Below are positions 13,312-28,204 of a stretch of DNA of 64,000 nt, piece by piece; within the stretch, counting starts at the first letter, position 1, and each line of letters begins with the position of its first letter. A program made the position numbers and the translations under genes. The notes under the pieces were generated by a model, which was not told the origin of the DNA, ran no database searches, and saw nothing but the letters and a program-made list of their open reading frames with translations. The DNA lies in contig NC_043008.1 in the NCBI RefSeq assembly GCF_006345805.1, positions 26,164,001 through 26,228,000 of the forward strand. The letters are read 5' to 3'. Origin of the DNA: Octopus sinensis. Its lineage: Eukaryota.

Positions 13312-13486
13312 ACACACATATGATGGGTTTCTTTCAGTTTCTGTCTACCAAATCCACTCATAAAGCTTTTGTTGGCCTGAAGCCATTGTAGAGAACTCAC
13401 ACCCAAGGTGCTACACAGTGGGACTGAACTCAGAACTAAGTGGTTGAAAAGCAAGTGTCTTGCCATACAGCCATACCTGTGCCTAG
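13005..13486 (-). mobile_element. OR-type SINE with an expanded internal (CA)n tract
   Basis: Same head and body as 550-918; about 50 CA units at 13215-13320. Confidence 0.85.
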
Positions 13487-15791
13487 CATTATAATTATCA
13501 TCATCATCATCATTCTTTAACATCTACCTTCTATGCTGGTATGGGTGGTATATGGAAGAATTGTATATTCTATTTATATGTTGGAGATCAAATGAGCTTC
13601 ATTTGGAGGAGGTCAGAAAAGCCCATAGTTATACTGAACATTAATTCTATTTCTGCATTTTTGATTCACCTTACTCTAATTAAATTTTCTAAATGACCTG
13701 AGATACTTGTACTGCATTGGTTTTGTTTTCCTTTTCCTTTAATATGTATGTGTGTGTGTGTGTAAGAAGCATGGCTGTGTGGTAAGAAGCTTGCTTCTTT
13801 ATGACATGGTTCCAGTTTCAGTTCCACTGGATGGGACCTTGGGCAAGTGTCTTCTACTATAGCCTTGTAATGACCAAAGCCTTCTAAGTAGCTTTGCTAG
13901 ACAGGAACATGAGTTAACAGAACCTTGTTTCTCACTCTTAGAAACTCAGGTTACTGAAAAGAGAATGAATCAGCAGCAGGTGCATAATCAGTGTCATCAG
14001 TAAATGTAAGAGCTGCAGAGGAGTTGAGACAAATTGTCTTGAAATATGTCTTGACTTTTGGTTACTCTGGATAATTGTTCTTCTAATAGAATATATTGAC
14101 AATACTACAAGCAAAATGTTTCTGTTGACAAGTCAGTATGCAAATGATGTAATAAAACTCTTGCATAACAGAGAGTTTGGGTGTGTTTAGCATTCTCCAT
14201 TTCTATTATACTTCCTATCACTGCTGTCACCAGCATGAACATTATTTACTATTTTAACTCTTTCTGTTAACACTTGATATCCAGGGCCACATTCTCTTAT
14301 TATAGCTAGGTTCTAATGTCATCTTCTATGACATCTATTTCATATGTCATCTAAAGCATATGATGAAAATCTCCAGACTCAAATTGCATTTTGTCTCTGC
14401 ATCATACAGAAGTTAATTTTAGTTGATTTAATTCTAAGTGTGTATCTTTGGTTTTGAAGACAAATGAGTAAATTGACAGCCAAGTGGTAGCATGATACTT
14501 CAACACTAGAATTATTATACAGAAATTAGCTTGAGTTAACTTTGTAAGTTGATGCAAAGAACCTCACACTGTGAAAGTGCAGTGTTTTGTAGAGGACTCT
14601 TTGTTAGTGAATACAGGATAATGAAACATATGCAACAGAAAGGCAAAAATGAATCCTGTTACCTAATTAACAAGCTAGTTAGTTAAGGGCAAGAGTGTAG
14701 TTATAGAAAACAAAAGGAGATTATTTCTTCAGGAGAAGTGTAAAAGTGAATACTAAATAGAATTGTACTGAGTAATGTTGTTCACCTCCAACCATTATGT
14801 TTGTCAGTCTTCTATTGTTTTAGTGTAACAAGGCACCTGGTTAGTTTTGAATTATTGTGCTCACGTTCTCTAGCTCAGGACAACTGCCTATCATACCACC
14901 ATAAAAGGTAACAGCAGTTATAAAAAAATAACTATGTCACCATAAAATGCAGTTACACCAATGTAAACATGGTGCAACCAGTCAGATTGGATGATGTGTA
15001 ACTAAGTGAGCTTGAATCTTCTCCTTAGATGGCTTGGTCTAACATTCTAGAAGCCCTGTTGGCCTCTCATACTCTCAGACAGAACTACCTGAACTTGTAC
15101 TTCCAGACAGAACTACTGAAGCTATGTCAGTTAACTTTCTGATAAGGCACTTTCATTGTTTTCACTTAATTTGTTCTCAGATCATTACAAACACTTTCAT
15201 AGTATTATTGTAGCAGTGATTTTAAAACTTCAATCAATAAATAACTGATCACATGGTCACACGCTATAAGCGATCCATGACAGTTTCACATGATCGGTCT
15301 ATTGAACACCAATCAATGTGAAGTTGTGGCATGATTTTGCTTACTAGAATGTTCTTGTACCTTATAAAAAATCCACGGTGTTTTTTTGATTGCAGAGTAT
15401 TGAAAGGCAGCCGAGCAATATGCACCCTGTCCTCTTGCCATCAGATGGTTCCAGATAGCAGATGACCAAGGACAGACAACCAAGGAGCTCTGGAACCCTG
15501 GTGATTTTCAGAGTGGATTTTGTATATTTTGAGCCAACTGCATGTTGTCACACAGATAGCTCTCTGTAATTCCAGAGCAGTTGTTTCTGTCCCAGTATGT
15601 AATTATTAATGTTAGTAATTGTAAATGGCCAACAACATATATCATTGTATCCCATAATAAATATTTCAGTTAAATGTTTGCAGGTGTTGCTTCTGTTATT
15701 ATTCATGCAACCAACGAAATATATCCACATAGCACCAACCAAACCGAAAAACATGACACTATGTAGCATATTATGCTATGAAAACTTGTAC

Positions 15792-16166
15792 TTATTACCT
15801 CTGCCTTCGTGAAGGCGGAGGTATTGTTTTCAGTCACGTTTGTTTATTTGTTTGTCCATGGACAAGATATCACAAGAACTGCAAGATGGATTCAGATGAA
15901 ACTTTCAGAGATGTTTGTCCTTGTGACTGGCATAAACTGATTAGATTTTGAGATCAATCCAATACCGGACAAGGATTCTGGATTGCTTTTCTTATTTTTT
16001 TTTACCAAATATTTGAGAGCGGTCAGGTTCATTTTTAGTATTCTCATTTGTGAGAGCAGTTGAGTTTATTTCAGATATTCTCATTTTAAAAATCAACTCT
16101 TCTAATCATTGAGTGGACGTTGGTGTTGCCTTGGTGGAGATTTGTTCTCTCTGAGAGCTCTTGTTT
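15792..16166 (+). mobile_element. DINE-1/HINE-like non-autonomous element (Helentron-associated type)
   Basis: 5' TTATTACCTCTGCCTTCGTGAAGGCGGAGGT (sub-TIR and palindrome), GTTTGTTTATTTGTTTGTCC tract, 3' sub-TIR GCCTTGGTGGAGAT, and a terminal hairpin followed by TT. Confidence 0.6.
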
Positions 16167-16869
16167 CATTTGACATGTATTGAATAGTTTTTATTCATAC
16201 AACTGTTGTATATATGTAAATGTAAATATTCCAGCTTAATATCAGTGTATGAGAATTCATACTAGTATTAGTGTGCTCCTTAGGAACAAAACAAAATGCT
16301 GTTATTCCTCAATAATTAAATTATTTAACACTATTATTTAACATCAATAGTTAATTATTTAACACCACCAATACTGCCATGTATATATGATCATATAAAT
16401 ACTCATGGAGTGTGCAGTACTATATCAAATTAACTGTCAAAATAGCTTCATTTCACATTTTGATCCACGATTACTTTGAGCAAACTTAATAATTCTTATG
16501 AATGTACCAGTTTTGGCAGGTTATACATGCACACATATGCATACATCTTATAAATCTTTCTCTATATCTCTTCTGCTGTGTGTGTGCATATATACATGTA
16601 CTCACAGACTTATATAATATCACGTGACTTTGTACGTGTGTGTGTATGTGTATGTGTGTGTGAGTGGGTGTGTATAATGATAAAATATTTCTTTTTAAAT
16701 TGTAACCAGTGAAAGATTTGCTTAATTGAGTGTATGTCGATGAATGCTAGAACATAACTTCTGTTGAAATCTTAAATACAAAAATGTTTTTATTATTAAC
16801 AAACTAAATATTGTCATGATAACCAACAACAAAGAAAAAATGTTCAAACTAAATTAAATAATAAAAGTC

Positions 16870-17212
16870 AAATGGAAATTGTAGTTAAGATACCCGTGCC
16901 GGTGACTGGTAAAAAGCACCATCTGAACGTGGCAGATGCCAGCACCACCTGACTGGTGTTCGTGTCGGTGACATGTAAAGGTACCAACTGATCGTGGCAG
17001 TTTGCCAGCCTCCCCTGGCCCATGCTGGTGGCATGTAAAAAGCACCCACTACACTCGCAGTGGTTGGAGTTAGGAAGGGCATCCAGCTGTAGAAACACTA
17101 CCAGATCTGACTGGAGCCTGGTGCAGCCTCCCGGCTTCCCAGACCCCGGTCGAACCGTCCAACCCATGCTAGCATGGAAAACGGACGTTAAACGATGATG
17201 ATGATGATGATG
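16870..17212 (+). mobile_element. 5'-truncated RTE LINE 3' UTR with (GAT)n tail
   Basis: Homologous to 43206-43600; ends GGAAAACGGACGTTAAACGATGATGATG. Shorter tails lie at about 11215-11330, 24118-24223, 25905-25962 (+) and 30560-30785 (-). Confidence 0.85.
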
Positions 17213-17644
17213 AAATTTGTATAAAATGTTGTGGTCACAAATAAAAGTAACTGTGATCATGTGAGTTTAGTAGCTAGCTGGTTCAGCTGTGTTGTTATCG
17301 ACCATTGGTCTTGATACTACACCCATACTTCTGTCATTTTTGTCGTGGTGCCATAAAAACTGCTGCACTGTTACTGGCTGGCTTGCGGACATACTTAGTT
17401 TGCTATTGGAAAGAGAATTCTATTTATAGTTATTACTTTCAAAGAGAAAACAATGCCAAAATATAGAATTGTTAATAATATCCTGTTTTACCTGATATCT
17501 GAGTGGTCAGTCAGTTCCTTAGTAATGTTATCAATTGATGACTTAATTGCAGTCATGTTGTTTAGTTGCTTTTGCATTGGACACAATGTTCTTGGTTTGA
17601 TTTCTAGGCAGTGACTTAGTGTTAGGGGCTGCCAAATAGATTTG

Positions 17645-17669
17645 CTGCACACACACACACACACACACC

Positions 17670-17720
<51 letters not shown>

Positions 17721-17935
17721 CACAACACACACACACAAACACACACACATGCATGCACGTGCACACACACACACAAACACACACACATGCATGCACGTGC
17801 ACACACACACACAAACACACACACACACACACACAAACACACAAACACACACACATGCATGCACGTGCACACACACACACAAACACACACACACACACAC
17901 AAACACACATGCATGCACGTGCACACACACACATC
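17645..17935. repeat. Compound (CA)n tract with recurring ATGCATGCACGTGCA core
   Basis: Core occurs four times, separated by variable CA/CAAA runs. Confidence 0.95.
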
Positions 17936-18779
17936 CCTTTCATCTATACAGAGATTTTATTAACGAGCTAGTGTTATAGTTGCAAAACCAGTGGCAGTGT
18001 GACACCGTTTTTCTATATATTATGAGCTGGAGAAAAATTATTGCTATGTCTACTAGATTAGTATTCAACACCAATGATGATCAAATAAGATTGAAATCAC
18101 ATGACATGGTGTTCCCTGAGCTAGAATAGTTGGGAATTTTCTCCCCACTTGCAATATATATATTAAGTGCAAAGCACACTGAATAACCAGCAGAAGGAAT
18201 TGTCTTCCTGGGGTTTAAATATCAGTATTGCCTGTTCTTATAGAACACCCACATCTAGGTAGGGTAAACGTTACATCTCAGTATAAATACTGCTTTCATC
18301 TCTTACAGAGATTTTCTAAATGTGCTAGTTTTCTAATAGTATGATCCTTAGAGTGTACTGAATGGATATTTTAGAAATGTAAGCAAATCCAATCCTGTAT
18401 CTCAAATAGTAGAATTTTAATATTTTTATACAGAATCTATAAGATAGAAAATGTGATATAGAATATAATAAAACAATTCCTTAAAAATGAAGGAGTCATT
18501 TTGGCTGGAATGCTGTCGTTATTAAAATTTCTCATTTGAAAATAATATCTTTGCAATGTTTGTTTTTAGTTTCAGATACCACAGGAGATTGAAAATACTA
18601 TCATATTTAAATTTATATTCAAAACACCCTACTAGTATCTCTAACAATACCAGGAGATATTTTTCACACAAAATATATCAGCAGTAATATTATGATATAT
18701 GCATTCACTTATAGGGCTCAAAATAAAACAAACAGTATAAAAATAACAACCTAATTTATAGAGCATAATCCTTTTCATG

Positions 18780-19730
18780 CTTCATGTTTTGTTTTTTTCC
18801 AGCTAAAGAGATTCAGGATTAAAAAAGTCTTCCAGCGTTTCCAATCATTCTTTTTCTTTTTCCTGGTGTCTGTCTTGGCAGTCTTCAAGTCTAACAAAAG
18901 TATTAACACTATATGATCCCTAGTTTTCTCATTTTTTTTCTTTCTGCAGTTGGCATCCATCTCAGGTTTTACAAACCAATCATCTGGCTTTGGCAAAATA
19001 TAACCAGTTAGATGCATTCTCTTTCCTATTACTGTCTTGAAGTCTTTGTGACAATGCTTCTCTTACAACTTCTTTAGTTCAGACCCAGTCATTTGACCAC
19101 AAACTTTTTGTGATTCTAACAATTTGTTTTCAGGTTTTACAAGTACATACTCTCGTTTTTAGTATGACAGTATAGTACAGATAGATGTTGATGTTTTGTC
19201 CAGTGTGCTCATGGAATTGATTATGCATTTTTGCTGAAATACTGTTGTCATCTTCCCAATTCTGCATTTGACATAGGTTTCAGCATTTTCTTCATCTGTG
19301 TGAAACACTGCCAAATTACGTAAATAGGATCACATCTTCTACAATCTGGTCTTCAGTCCTCACACCAGACTCACATGCTTCTTGGCTGACTAAGAGTCCT
19401 ACTTCTATGGATTCATTCTCAGTCTCATTTTTTTCCATTTCACACTAGTTGTAGTCAGCTCTTAAATATCATCTGAGAATTCTGCCAACAGTACCATATA
19501 ATCAGCAAAGTCTAGGTCAACCAACCATCAGCGATCTTTTCACTGAATGCTAGGCTTATTGTAGCTGACTGTCCTTTATATAAGAATAGTGGCAGATTGT
19601 ATTCCTGGTGAAACCACTGGAGACATCAAGGTATCTCTTGCTTCTATTTTCTGTCTACATGCAGCAGTGTGAGTGAATATAATTGCTAAACTCTTAATAT
19701 GATTCTTTTGGCATCGAGCTCTTAGAATCA
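18780..19730 (-). mobile_element. Old RTE-clade LINE RT/C-terminal relic
   Basis: DLDFADYMVLLAE (RT motif) and GYILPKPDDWFVK...DLK...DWKRWK (RTE C-terminus), with many lesions. Confidence 0.65.
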
Positions 19731-22700
19731 TTAGCACCAGGGAAAAATGCTTAACATCATCTTTTTCAGTTTTTTACATTCTGAGTTCAAATTTTGTTAA
19801 CTTTACATTCCATCCTTTCAGGCTCAATAAAATAAAGTACCAGAGAAGCTTTGGGGTCAGTGTAATCATCTAAGCCCTTCCTCACTGAAACTGTTTGCCT
19901 TATTCCAAAATTTGAAACCATTATTATTATTATGCAATGAAAATGATATCAATGATGGTGGTAACAATACTGTTGCTGCCAATGATGATAATAGAAAAGT
20001 ATTAATAAGAACATGGAAATATGACAATGATATTCCAATTAAATCAAACTTAAGGAAGTTATTAAAGCACTAGATTATGAATATTAATAGAAATCCATTC
20101 ATTCAGCTTGAACAAGTATATTATAGTATAAGTGTCAGGTAAATACTGTCATACTAAGGCTAAAAGTGGATCAGCAGGGAAATAATAGTTAACTTGAAAT
20201 GAAATGAAACAAAGGAACCTGAAGTTAAACTTTATTGATGATAGGTGGTAAGGGGCTATAATGTGAAATATGTATTTAATCTTATGTTAGGTGCCAATTT
20301 CTCCAAGAACCCTAACATCAATGTCAAAGTTGTTGGAAATTCACATATTAAAATTTAAACCATTAGTAAACTCATCAATTACTGAATGAGCAGAGATTTT
20401 ATAATCAGTTAGGTGGATGTATTAGAGACATGAATGTTTGCAAAGACTGAAACATCAGCTGAATAGCATCATTAATAGGTATAAAATGCTTGAATTGTCA
20501 GGCAAATCAAGTTCATTTATTACAACTTATTACTTAGATTCCTGCTACTATATGGACAGCTATTTAATGCAGCAATACTCAAAGGAATATTTTATTACGA
20601 CCTCCGTGTCTACTTTAGGCTGTTTTTACAAGATTACATAGTCGATGAGGCACTGTGAGGCTCAACACCATCTTAATGTTAGAGTTAAAATGTATATCTA
20701 AGATATTTTATTGGCTACAGTTATATTTCCTGAATATATTAACGTTAATTAATACAAATATCATCAACCTTCCCCAGTTGAAATCTAACAAGAATAAAAT
20801 CTGTAAAATGAAACTGTTGTGTTTTATTTTAGATATCCAGCCAGAATATAAATCCTTTGGGTTCATAGCTCTAACAATGTAGTACTATTAAATATAGCTT
20901 TCCTTTTACAATCCTCAGCTAGAAGTAAACCTCCATTAAATTCACTGCAATGATTTAAAACAACTGACATTCATAAGCAATAAAATTAGATGCTGTAATG
21001 GATATATTTGTCACATGTGAAACTAATCCCAGCTTAACAATATTCCAGTGCTAGCCTATGATTTCCTTTACCAGCTTACACAAAATACAATCAATATTTA
21101 GAAAATGTAGCTTTTGAAAGCTTTCACTCTCTTCTTACTATGGGTTTTCTCACTGACATCTTTCCTTAGATCTTCCTGAAGAAAAGAAAAATGTTCATTT
21201 GATTTTATTTCATTGACAATGTGCTGCAAGTATGTTTCAACATAATACTAGATCTCAGAGCAGATCTTAGACTTTCATTAGATTTCATGAATCTTTACAA
21301 AACTTTTTCTTTAATCCATTTTAATTTGTCTTTTTTAAAATTATTTTCCTGTGAATACAATTAAGAAACTGATTTCTTTTCATCCATTGTATGGCAGAGA
21401 CTAATACAAAATGCAATAATTGTACACAAACTAATGAAGAATAGAAACATAACTTGAACAACAAATAGCATGTATATAAAATAGCATAACTGAGCAAAGT
21501 TAGCCTTATGGAACGCAACATGCTAAGTTGCAACAACAAGAAAATTATGAATTTAGGGTATTAAGATATTTTAAATGAGGAAGATGGTCAATGCAGAAGG
21601 AGAAGTGGCTAAAGTGGGTCAATGGTCAAAAATGTTTGGCAAGCCCTGGTATACAGGTTGAGGATCTCAGGATATTTTATTAAGTGTTTGGTAACTGTGA
21701 GATTCACATGAACAAGTCTACATGTTAATAGTAGAGGTAGAAGTGTACAATCTTATCTCTCTGTGGTTCACATATTTCCTCATTCAGGAACATTCTTTAC
21801 TCTTTCAGTGTGTGTAGAAAATCACTATTTCACTACATATGTTTAAAAGAGGTTTACTGTTAGCTAAAATCCAACCCTTCCCTTGTATATACCAACACTG
21901 CCATCTATCTCCCCACTATGGTATCATATTCTCCAATACCAACAAATTCACTTTATAGCTAATTCTGTTATTGTCTAATTTTGTTGATATATTCCACTAG
22001 CAAGATGGAGGAAAACTTGTGCATAGAAATACATTGTTCCACTGGTTTAACCATAGATCCAATGTAAAATTGTCTACATGTGTTTTATTTTCAGTCAGTT
22101 ATTTTTCCATTGCACACTTCTGTAAAATATGGCATGACAATTTCAGTTTTAAATAAAATAATAATCTTTTGTGATGACAAGAAAGGGATAAAAACAGGGA
22201 AACTGGAAGAAGAAAGAGGGAAAGAGGAAGGTAATAAAACAGTGACAGATTGACAAAAAGCTTCGGTCAATGAAACAGTTAATTCTCCTATAAAACAATA
22301 TTTTGATATCTGCCACTTGAAACCTCTTATTTTTGAGTTGGGTAAATTATTTCAGAAGAACTGTCAATTCTGCTGTTTGTCATGTAAACATATTATTTTC
22401 CTCTTTAATGTTTGTTGATATACAACAATATAAATATGTTTATGTTCAATATGACTTATTATGCAAAAATCTATCAATTTTCACTTTATTTATGCATGAG
22501 AAGTTCCAATGAAATGCTCAACTAACCCTTTAGCATTCAGATTACGCTGTCAAATCTGATGATTATTTATTCACATTGTTTTAAATTAATTATGCATTAT
22601 CTCATAGCTTAGAGATTTCAATAATGTGATTATTTCATTTTAAAAAGACATTGTATGGTAGGTATGAAAGGCCAGATCTGAATGGTTTGAACATGAAACA

Positions 22701-23269
22701 GGTAAAAGATTTAGACCAGTTATACTTAAGATTTAATACTGTGGGCAAAATTATTATATAGACAAAAAATCTCTTTCACATTCTTTATTTGCAAATGTAT
22801 GGACTTCTATGTGGTTACTTGTTCATCAAGAAAAAGGATCCAAGTATCCTTCAAAATGGATGGAAAGAAACATCATAATTATAAGGAAAGAACTTTAACT
22901 AGGAATATGGTTTATGGAAAAATCATTTGTATAAAGGAATGTATTGTATCTGTTGTGTTTGCAGAATATGAAATGAAATATTTTTAAAATAAATATTTTG
23001 AACTAAACAATTTGGAAGGATGATCTATTAAGCCTTTGCTGAGAAAGATAACCTAAATTTAATAATTTATTCAATTAAAAAGCACTTTATATAACATATT
23101 TTACTGAAAATGAAAATGGAGGTAAAGTTAATAATTCTCTAATCCTTTCAAAATCTCAATGTGCTTAAACTGAATATATTTTATTTATCAAATATAGCAT
23201 TTTAAATGGATAAACAATTTAGATTTAAGATATTTCCATGTTGCAGCAGCAAAGCAATAAGAATCATAT

Positions 23270-23520
23270 AATAAGATTTCATGTGGGACTGCATAAAGCT
23301 CCACTGTTTATTTTGGCAAGGTTTCTCTAGTTGCATACCCTTCCTAATGCTAACTACTTTACAAAGACCCCTGGGTGCTCTTTCCATGACACCTGCACTA
23401 ATGAGATCATCAAGTAATTCATGCAACAAAGAAAGAGATCCCTTGACTGAGTGGGGTTTTGATGGGGAGGGAGGTGGTTTTATGCTAAGTGTTGAGAGGT
23501 GAAAGTATAATAGAGGGGCA
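23270..23520 (-). mobile_element. Possible DIRS-like RT N-terminal relic
   Basis: LLHELLDDLISAGVMERAPRGLC resembles the ELLxxGxIE motif preceding DIRS RT; short and weak. Confidence 0.3.
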
Positions 23521-24285
23521 GGCACAAGTGTCTTGCTACAGAAGAACTATGTGGCTACAACACTTTATATGTGGGCTGGTGAGAGTAACTGGAAGTAAGA
23601 CAACGATAGGGCTGATGAAGTTTCTGATCACACTTACAAGATAAGGTGAGAAATACGAACAAAGAACTAGTAAGATCAGCCAAGAAGTTTACTAAAGCGT
23701 TAAAGGAGAGTGATGGATGGCTAGAGATGGGGACAGAGATAAATTTAGTAAATAGAACAGGTGTGGAAATGTAGTCAGTGGTTAGTGGTAGGGGATGGAT
23801 TATGATGACACATATCCTCCCTTTTTAGCTTGATGTAACAGAGAATTCCTAAACACCCGCTCCTGTAAATTGTAATCCCCTTCCAGCCCCATTTAGACCT
23901 CTTTTCACATTTTGGTTAATAGTACCCAATTTCATTCGGGTCTACTTGGGCACATTTTATAAGATGAGGAATTTTGTCCTAGAAGTCACGTCTTTCATTT
24001 GAGGAAAAAAATAGTTGCCATGCAAACTTGCCAGCACTTTTAACATAGGTGTGCATATTTTCAGCTCAACCGACCACATAATGCACACACACACTATATA
24101 TATATATATATATATGTCAGACTGGGCCTGGTGCAGCCTTCTGGCTTCCCAGACCCCGGTAGAACCGTCCAACCCATGCTAGCATGGAAAGCGGACGCTA
24201 AACGATGATGATGATGATGATGAGGATACACATTATATATATATGTGTGTGTGTATGCATTATATATACAAATGTATACAAATTG

Positions 24286-24355
<70 letters not shown>

Positions 24356-24358
<3 letters not shown>

Positions 24359-24730
24359 GGCGCAGGAGTGGCTGTGTGGTAAGTAGCTTGCTAACCAACC
24401 ACATGGTTCTGGGTTCAGTCCTACTGCGTGGGATTTTGGGCAAGTGTCTTCTGCTATAGCCCTGGGCCGACCAATGCCTTGTGAGTGGATTTGGTAGACG
24501 GAAACTGAAAGAAGCCTGTCGTATATATGTATATATATATATATAAGTGTGTGTGTATATGTTTGTGTGTCTGTGTTTGTCCCCCTAGCATTCCTTGACA
24601 ACCGATGCTGGTGTGTTTATGTCCCCGCCACTTAGCGGTTCGGCAAAAGCGACCAATAGGATAAGTACTGGGCTCACAAAGGATAAGTCCCAGGGTCGAT
24701 TTGCTCAACTAAAGGCGGTGCTCCAGCAAT
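24356..24730 (+). mobile_element. OR-type SINE, near full length
   Basis: AGGCGCAGGAGTGGCTGTGTGGTAAGTAGCTTGC...GGTTCAGTCC...GGGCAAGTGTCTTCT...AAGGCGGTGCTCCAGCA. Confidence 0.9.
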
Positions 24731-24739
24731 CCATGGCAA

Positions 24740-25755
24740 GATAAAGAATGTCTTGAAAAACAGCTACTCATCTTATTCCACAGTGAAAATCTGGGTGTCA
24801 AGGTTTTGGACTGGTCATTTTGAGGTCGCAGATGAACCCCAGTCAGGACAGCTAACTTCTGTGATGACTGAGGACAAAGCCGACGCTGTGCACATGATTC
24901 TCAAGGACCCCTTGATTTCAGCTGAGACTCTGGGGATTTCCAATGAAAGAGTTGACCACATAATCCACAAAATTCTGGACACAAGAAAGCTTTTCACAAG
25001 ATAGATGCCAAAATGTTTCAATGCAGATCAGAAGCATATCAGAGTAATGACATCAAAGAGGATTTTGGACCAGTTTGCAGTAAGGAAAGTTAATTTTATG
25101 TCTCATTTAGTCACCACAGATGAAACTTGGCTTCATCATTAAGATTCCCAAACCAAGCAGTGAACAATAGAGTGGTGCCACACTAGTTCACTGTGTCCCA
25201 AGACGTTTTGCACCCAGAAGTCAACTGGAAAGATCCTAGCTTTAATGTTCTGGGACCTAAACGAAGTACTCCTTATATAATACATGCCAAAGGATTGCAC
25301 CATTAATGCAGAATACCATAAATCTCTGTTGGATGAACTGCATGAAGCTTTGAAACAGAAACGCTGTGGAAAGTTGCGCCATAGTGTTCTGTTTTTGCAG
25401 GGCAATGCACCAGGACACACAGCACATGAAACTTTGCAGAAAATACAAGACTTTGGCTTCGAATTGGTAGACTACCCACCTTACACTTCTTACTTGGTCC
25501 TTCCAACTATCAACTATCCACAGCTGAAAAAATATCTCAGGGGAAAGGAATTTCACTCCGATTCAGAAGTGATTCCTTGTACAGAGGCCTGGTTGGATCA
25601 TTCTGAGTTCTTTTTACAGAGGTTAGAAAAACTGAAGAATCATGGCAATATGGGTGTGAATTTGAGAGGAGAATATTTTGAATAAAATCATAATTAAATG
25701 ATATGCCTGTATTTTCTTTTACTTAAAGTCAGGAATTTTTCATCACACCTTCATA
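24740..25755 (+). mobile_element. mariner transposase pseudogene with 3' TIR
   Basis: TVKIWVSRF...DEPQSG, LVTTDETWLHH, FWD, FLQGNAPGH, YPPY and LKKYLRGKEF motifs, with stops. Right TIR GTCAGGAATTTTTCATCACACCTTCA followed by TA. Confidence 0.92.
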
Positions 25756-25784
25756 TATATATATACACATGTATATATATATAC

Positions 25785-25844
<60 letters not shown>

Positions 25845-25853
25845 GTATATACG

Positions 25854-25895
<42 letters not shown>

Positions 25896-26380
25896 ATATC
25901 CGTTCACCGTCCAACCTGTGCTAGCGTGGAAAACGGATGTTAAACGATGATGATGATGATGATATGCATATGTATGTATATATGTGTGTGTATACACATA
26001 CATATCTGCTTCTGTTGCTGTGACTGTTTTATATTGATACAGTTTGAAGAAAACCGCTTCTATTTACATCTATTAACTTCACAACATGACAAATAGAATA
26101 GCTGAAATAAGTACCACACTTAATACTGGAGTTATGTAAGCAACTAACCACAATTGTAAGCAGTAACCAGCAGGACTGCCCCCAATGATTGTAGCAACTA
26201 AAGAAGTAAAATAGTTAATGAGCATGCAGATATAAATATTTTTGGTGTCTATGTGTGTGTGTTTGTGTGTGTATACACATACATATATGTATGCATATAT
26301 ATATTTATGTATGTATATTTATCTATCTACCTGTATACATATATATATATGTATATATATACACACACACCTGCATACAG

Positions 26381-26430
<50 letters not shown>

Positions 26431-27174
26431 AGACATATATCTGTGTGTGTGTATGTCTGTGTGTAAACAAGAGACAGATAAATATATATATAGATACATA
26501 GATAGGTATAAAAATAGATGTATGCATATTCATATACACTCATGCACACACACATATCTATATATAAATACACACACATGTTGTTTTTGGAGCTACATGG
26601 TGTCTGAAGATAAAGAGATTAGAATCATTTATTGCTTTTAGTTATCTGCAGTTTAATTAAAGCAAATACAACAAGCATCTATATTAGAAGATTAATCATA
26701 GAAAGAGGATTAAATTATAAACACATTGGCTTCTTTGATCTGTGATAATTTTCAGCTTGAACAACACCCTTACATATTAGGTACTTACCAGATCAAAGCC
26801 ATCTTTAATGCTAGTAGTCTTATTAACTTTTTGGTGTTGTTTTGGTCTGGGTTCATGTGTGTGTGTGTGTTTCTTTATGAGTGTTTTCCATAACGGCCTA
26901 TCTACATGCACAGGCATGTGTGTGTGTGTGCACATGTATATACACATACACACATATATAAATATATATAAATATATATGCATATATATACATGTATACA
27001 CACACACACATATATATAAGTATGTACGTGTGTGTGTGTGTGTATATATGTATATATATAAAAAGATTAATATAATACAAAGATGGTAAACAGCAGGCTT
27101 TAATAGCAATCACAACATTTGTTTCTGCACTGGACACCAGATTTTATGCTGCTGAGTTTACTTTTATAAATCAC

Positions 27175-27925
27175 CAGCTTGTTTACCAACCACATGATTC
27201 AGGGTTCAGTCCAAAGCCATGTGAGTGGCACTTTGGGCAAATGTCTTCTACTATAACCTCGGGTCAACCAAAGCCTTGTGAGTGGATTTGGTAGACGGAA
27301 ACTGAAAGAAGCCCATCGTATATATGCATATGTGTGTAAGTTCGTGTCTGTGTTTGTCCCTCCAACATCACTTGACATCCGATGGTAGTGTGTTTATGTC
27401 CCTGCAACTTAGCGGTTCAGCAAAAAAGACTGATAGAATAAGTACTAAGCTTCCAAAGAATAAGTCCTGGGGTCGATTTGTTCAACTAAAGGCGGTGCTC
27501 CAGCATGTCCACAGTCAAATGACTGAAACAAGTAAAAGAGTATATATTGCAGGCATGGCTGTGTGGTAAGAAGCTTACTTCCCAACCACATGGTTCCGGG
27601 TTCAGTTCCACTGCATGGCAACCTGAGCAAGTGTCTTCTACTATAGTCTCAGGCTGACCAAAGCTATGTGAGTGGATTTGGTAGATGGAAACTGAAAGAA
27701 GGTACCGTCGTATATGTGTGTGTGTGTGTCTGTGTTAGTCTCCCACCACCGCTTCACAACTGATGTTAATGTGTTTACGTCCCCATAACTTAGCAGTTCG
27801 ACAAAAGAGACCAATAGAATAGGTACTATGCTTACAAAGAATAAATCCTAGGGTTGATTTGTTCGATTAAGGTGGTGCTCCACTATGACCGCAGTCAAAT
27901 GAGTGAAACAAATAAGAGAATATAA
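27175..27925 (+). mobile_element. Two head-to-tail OR-type SINE copies
   Basis: Copies at about 27175-27540 and 27548-27925 share head, body and tail. Confidence 0.85.
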
Positions 27926-28204
27926 GATTATTCTTGAGAACTACTTTACAAACAAATATTTTTCAGCAACAGCTGTGTATAGTTGCTTTTTCAGGGGGAA
28001 TGCAATCTAAGCGCTGTGAGATTGCTTGGAGTTTCATCGATCATACCATGTTGAATGCTCTCTGCCAATAAGTTCATCAAATTCCTGGTGGCATGGAAAC
28101 AAATGCAAAAGTAATATCACAACAATAACAATGAATGCAACGTTAATGATGCATGTTATGAGGCTATTATCTAGATTATACTAAATATATATATATATAT
28201 ATAT

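Noticed and set aside
17270-17405. Possible minus-strand terminal exon (KLSMSASQPVTVQQFLWHHD...) with a good acceptor
   Set aside because: Both strands are open, there is no homology I recognise, and no partner exon is supported.
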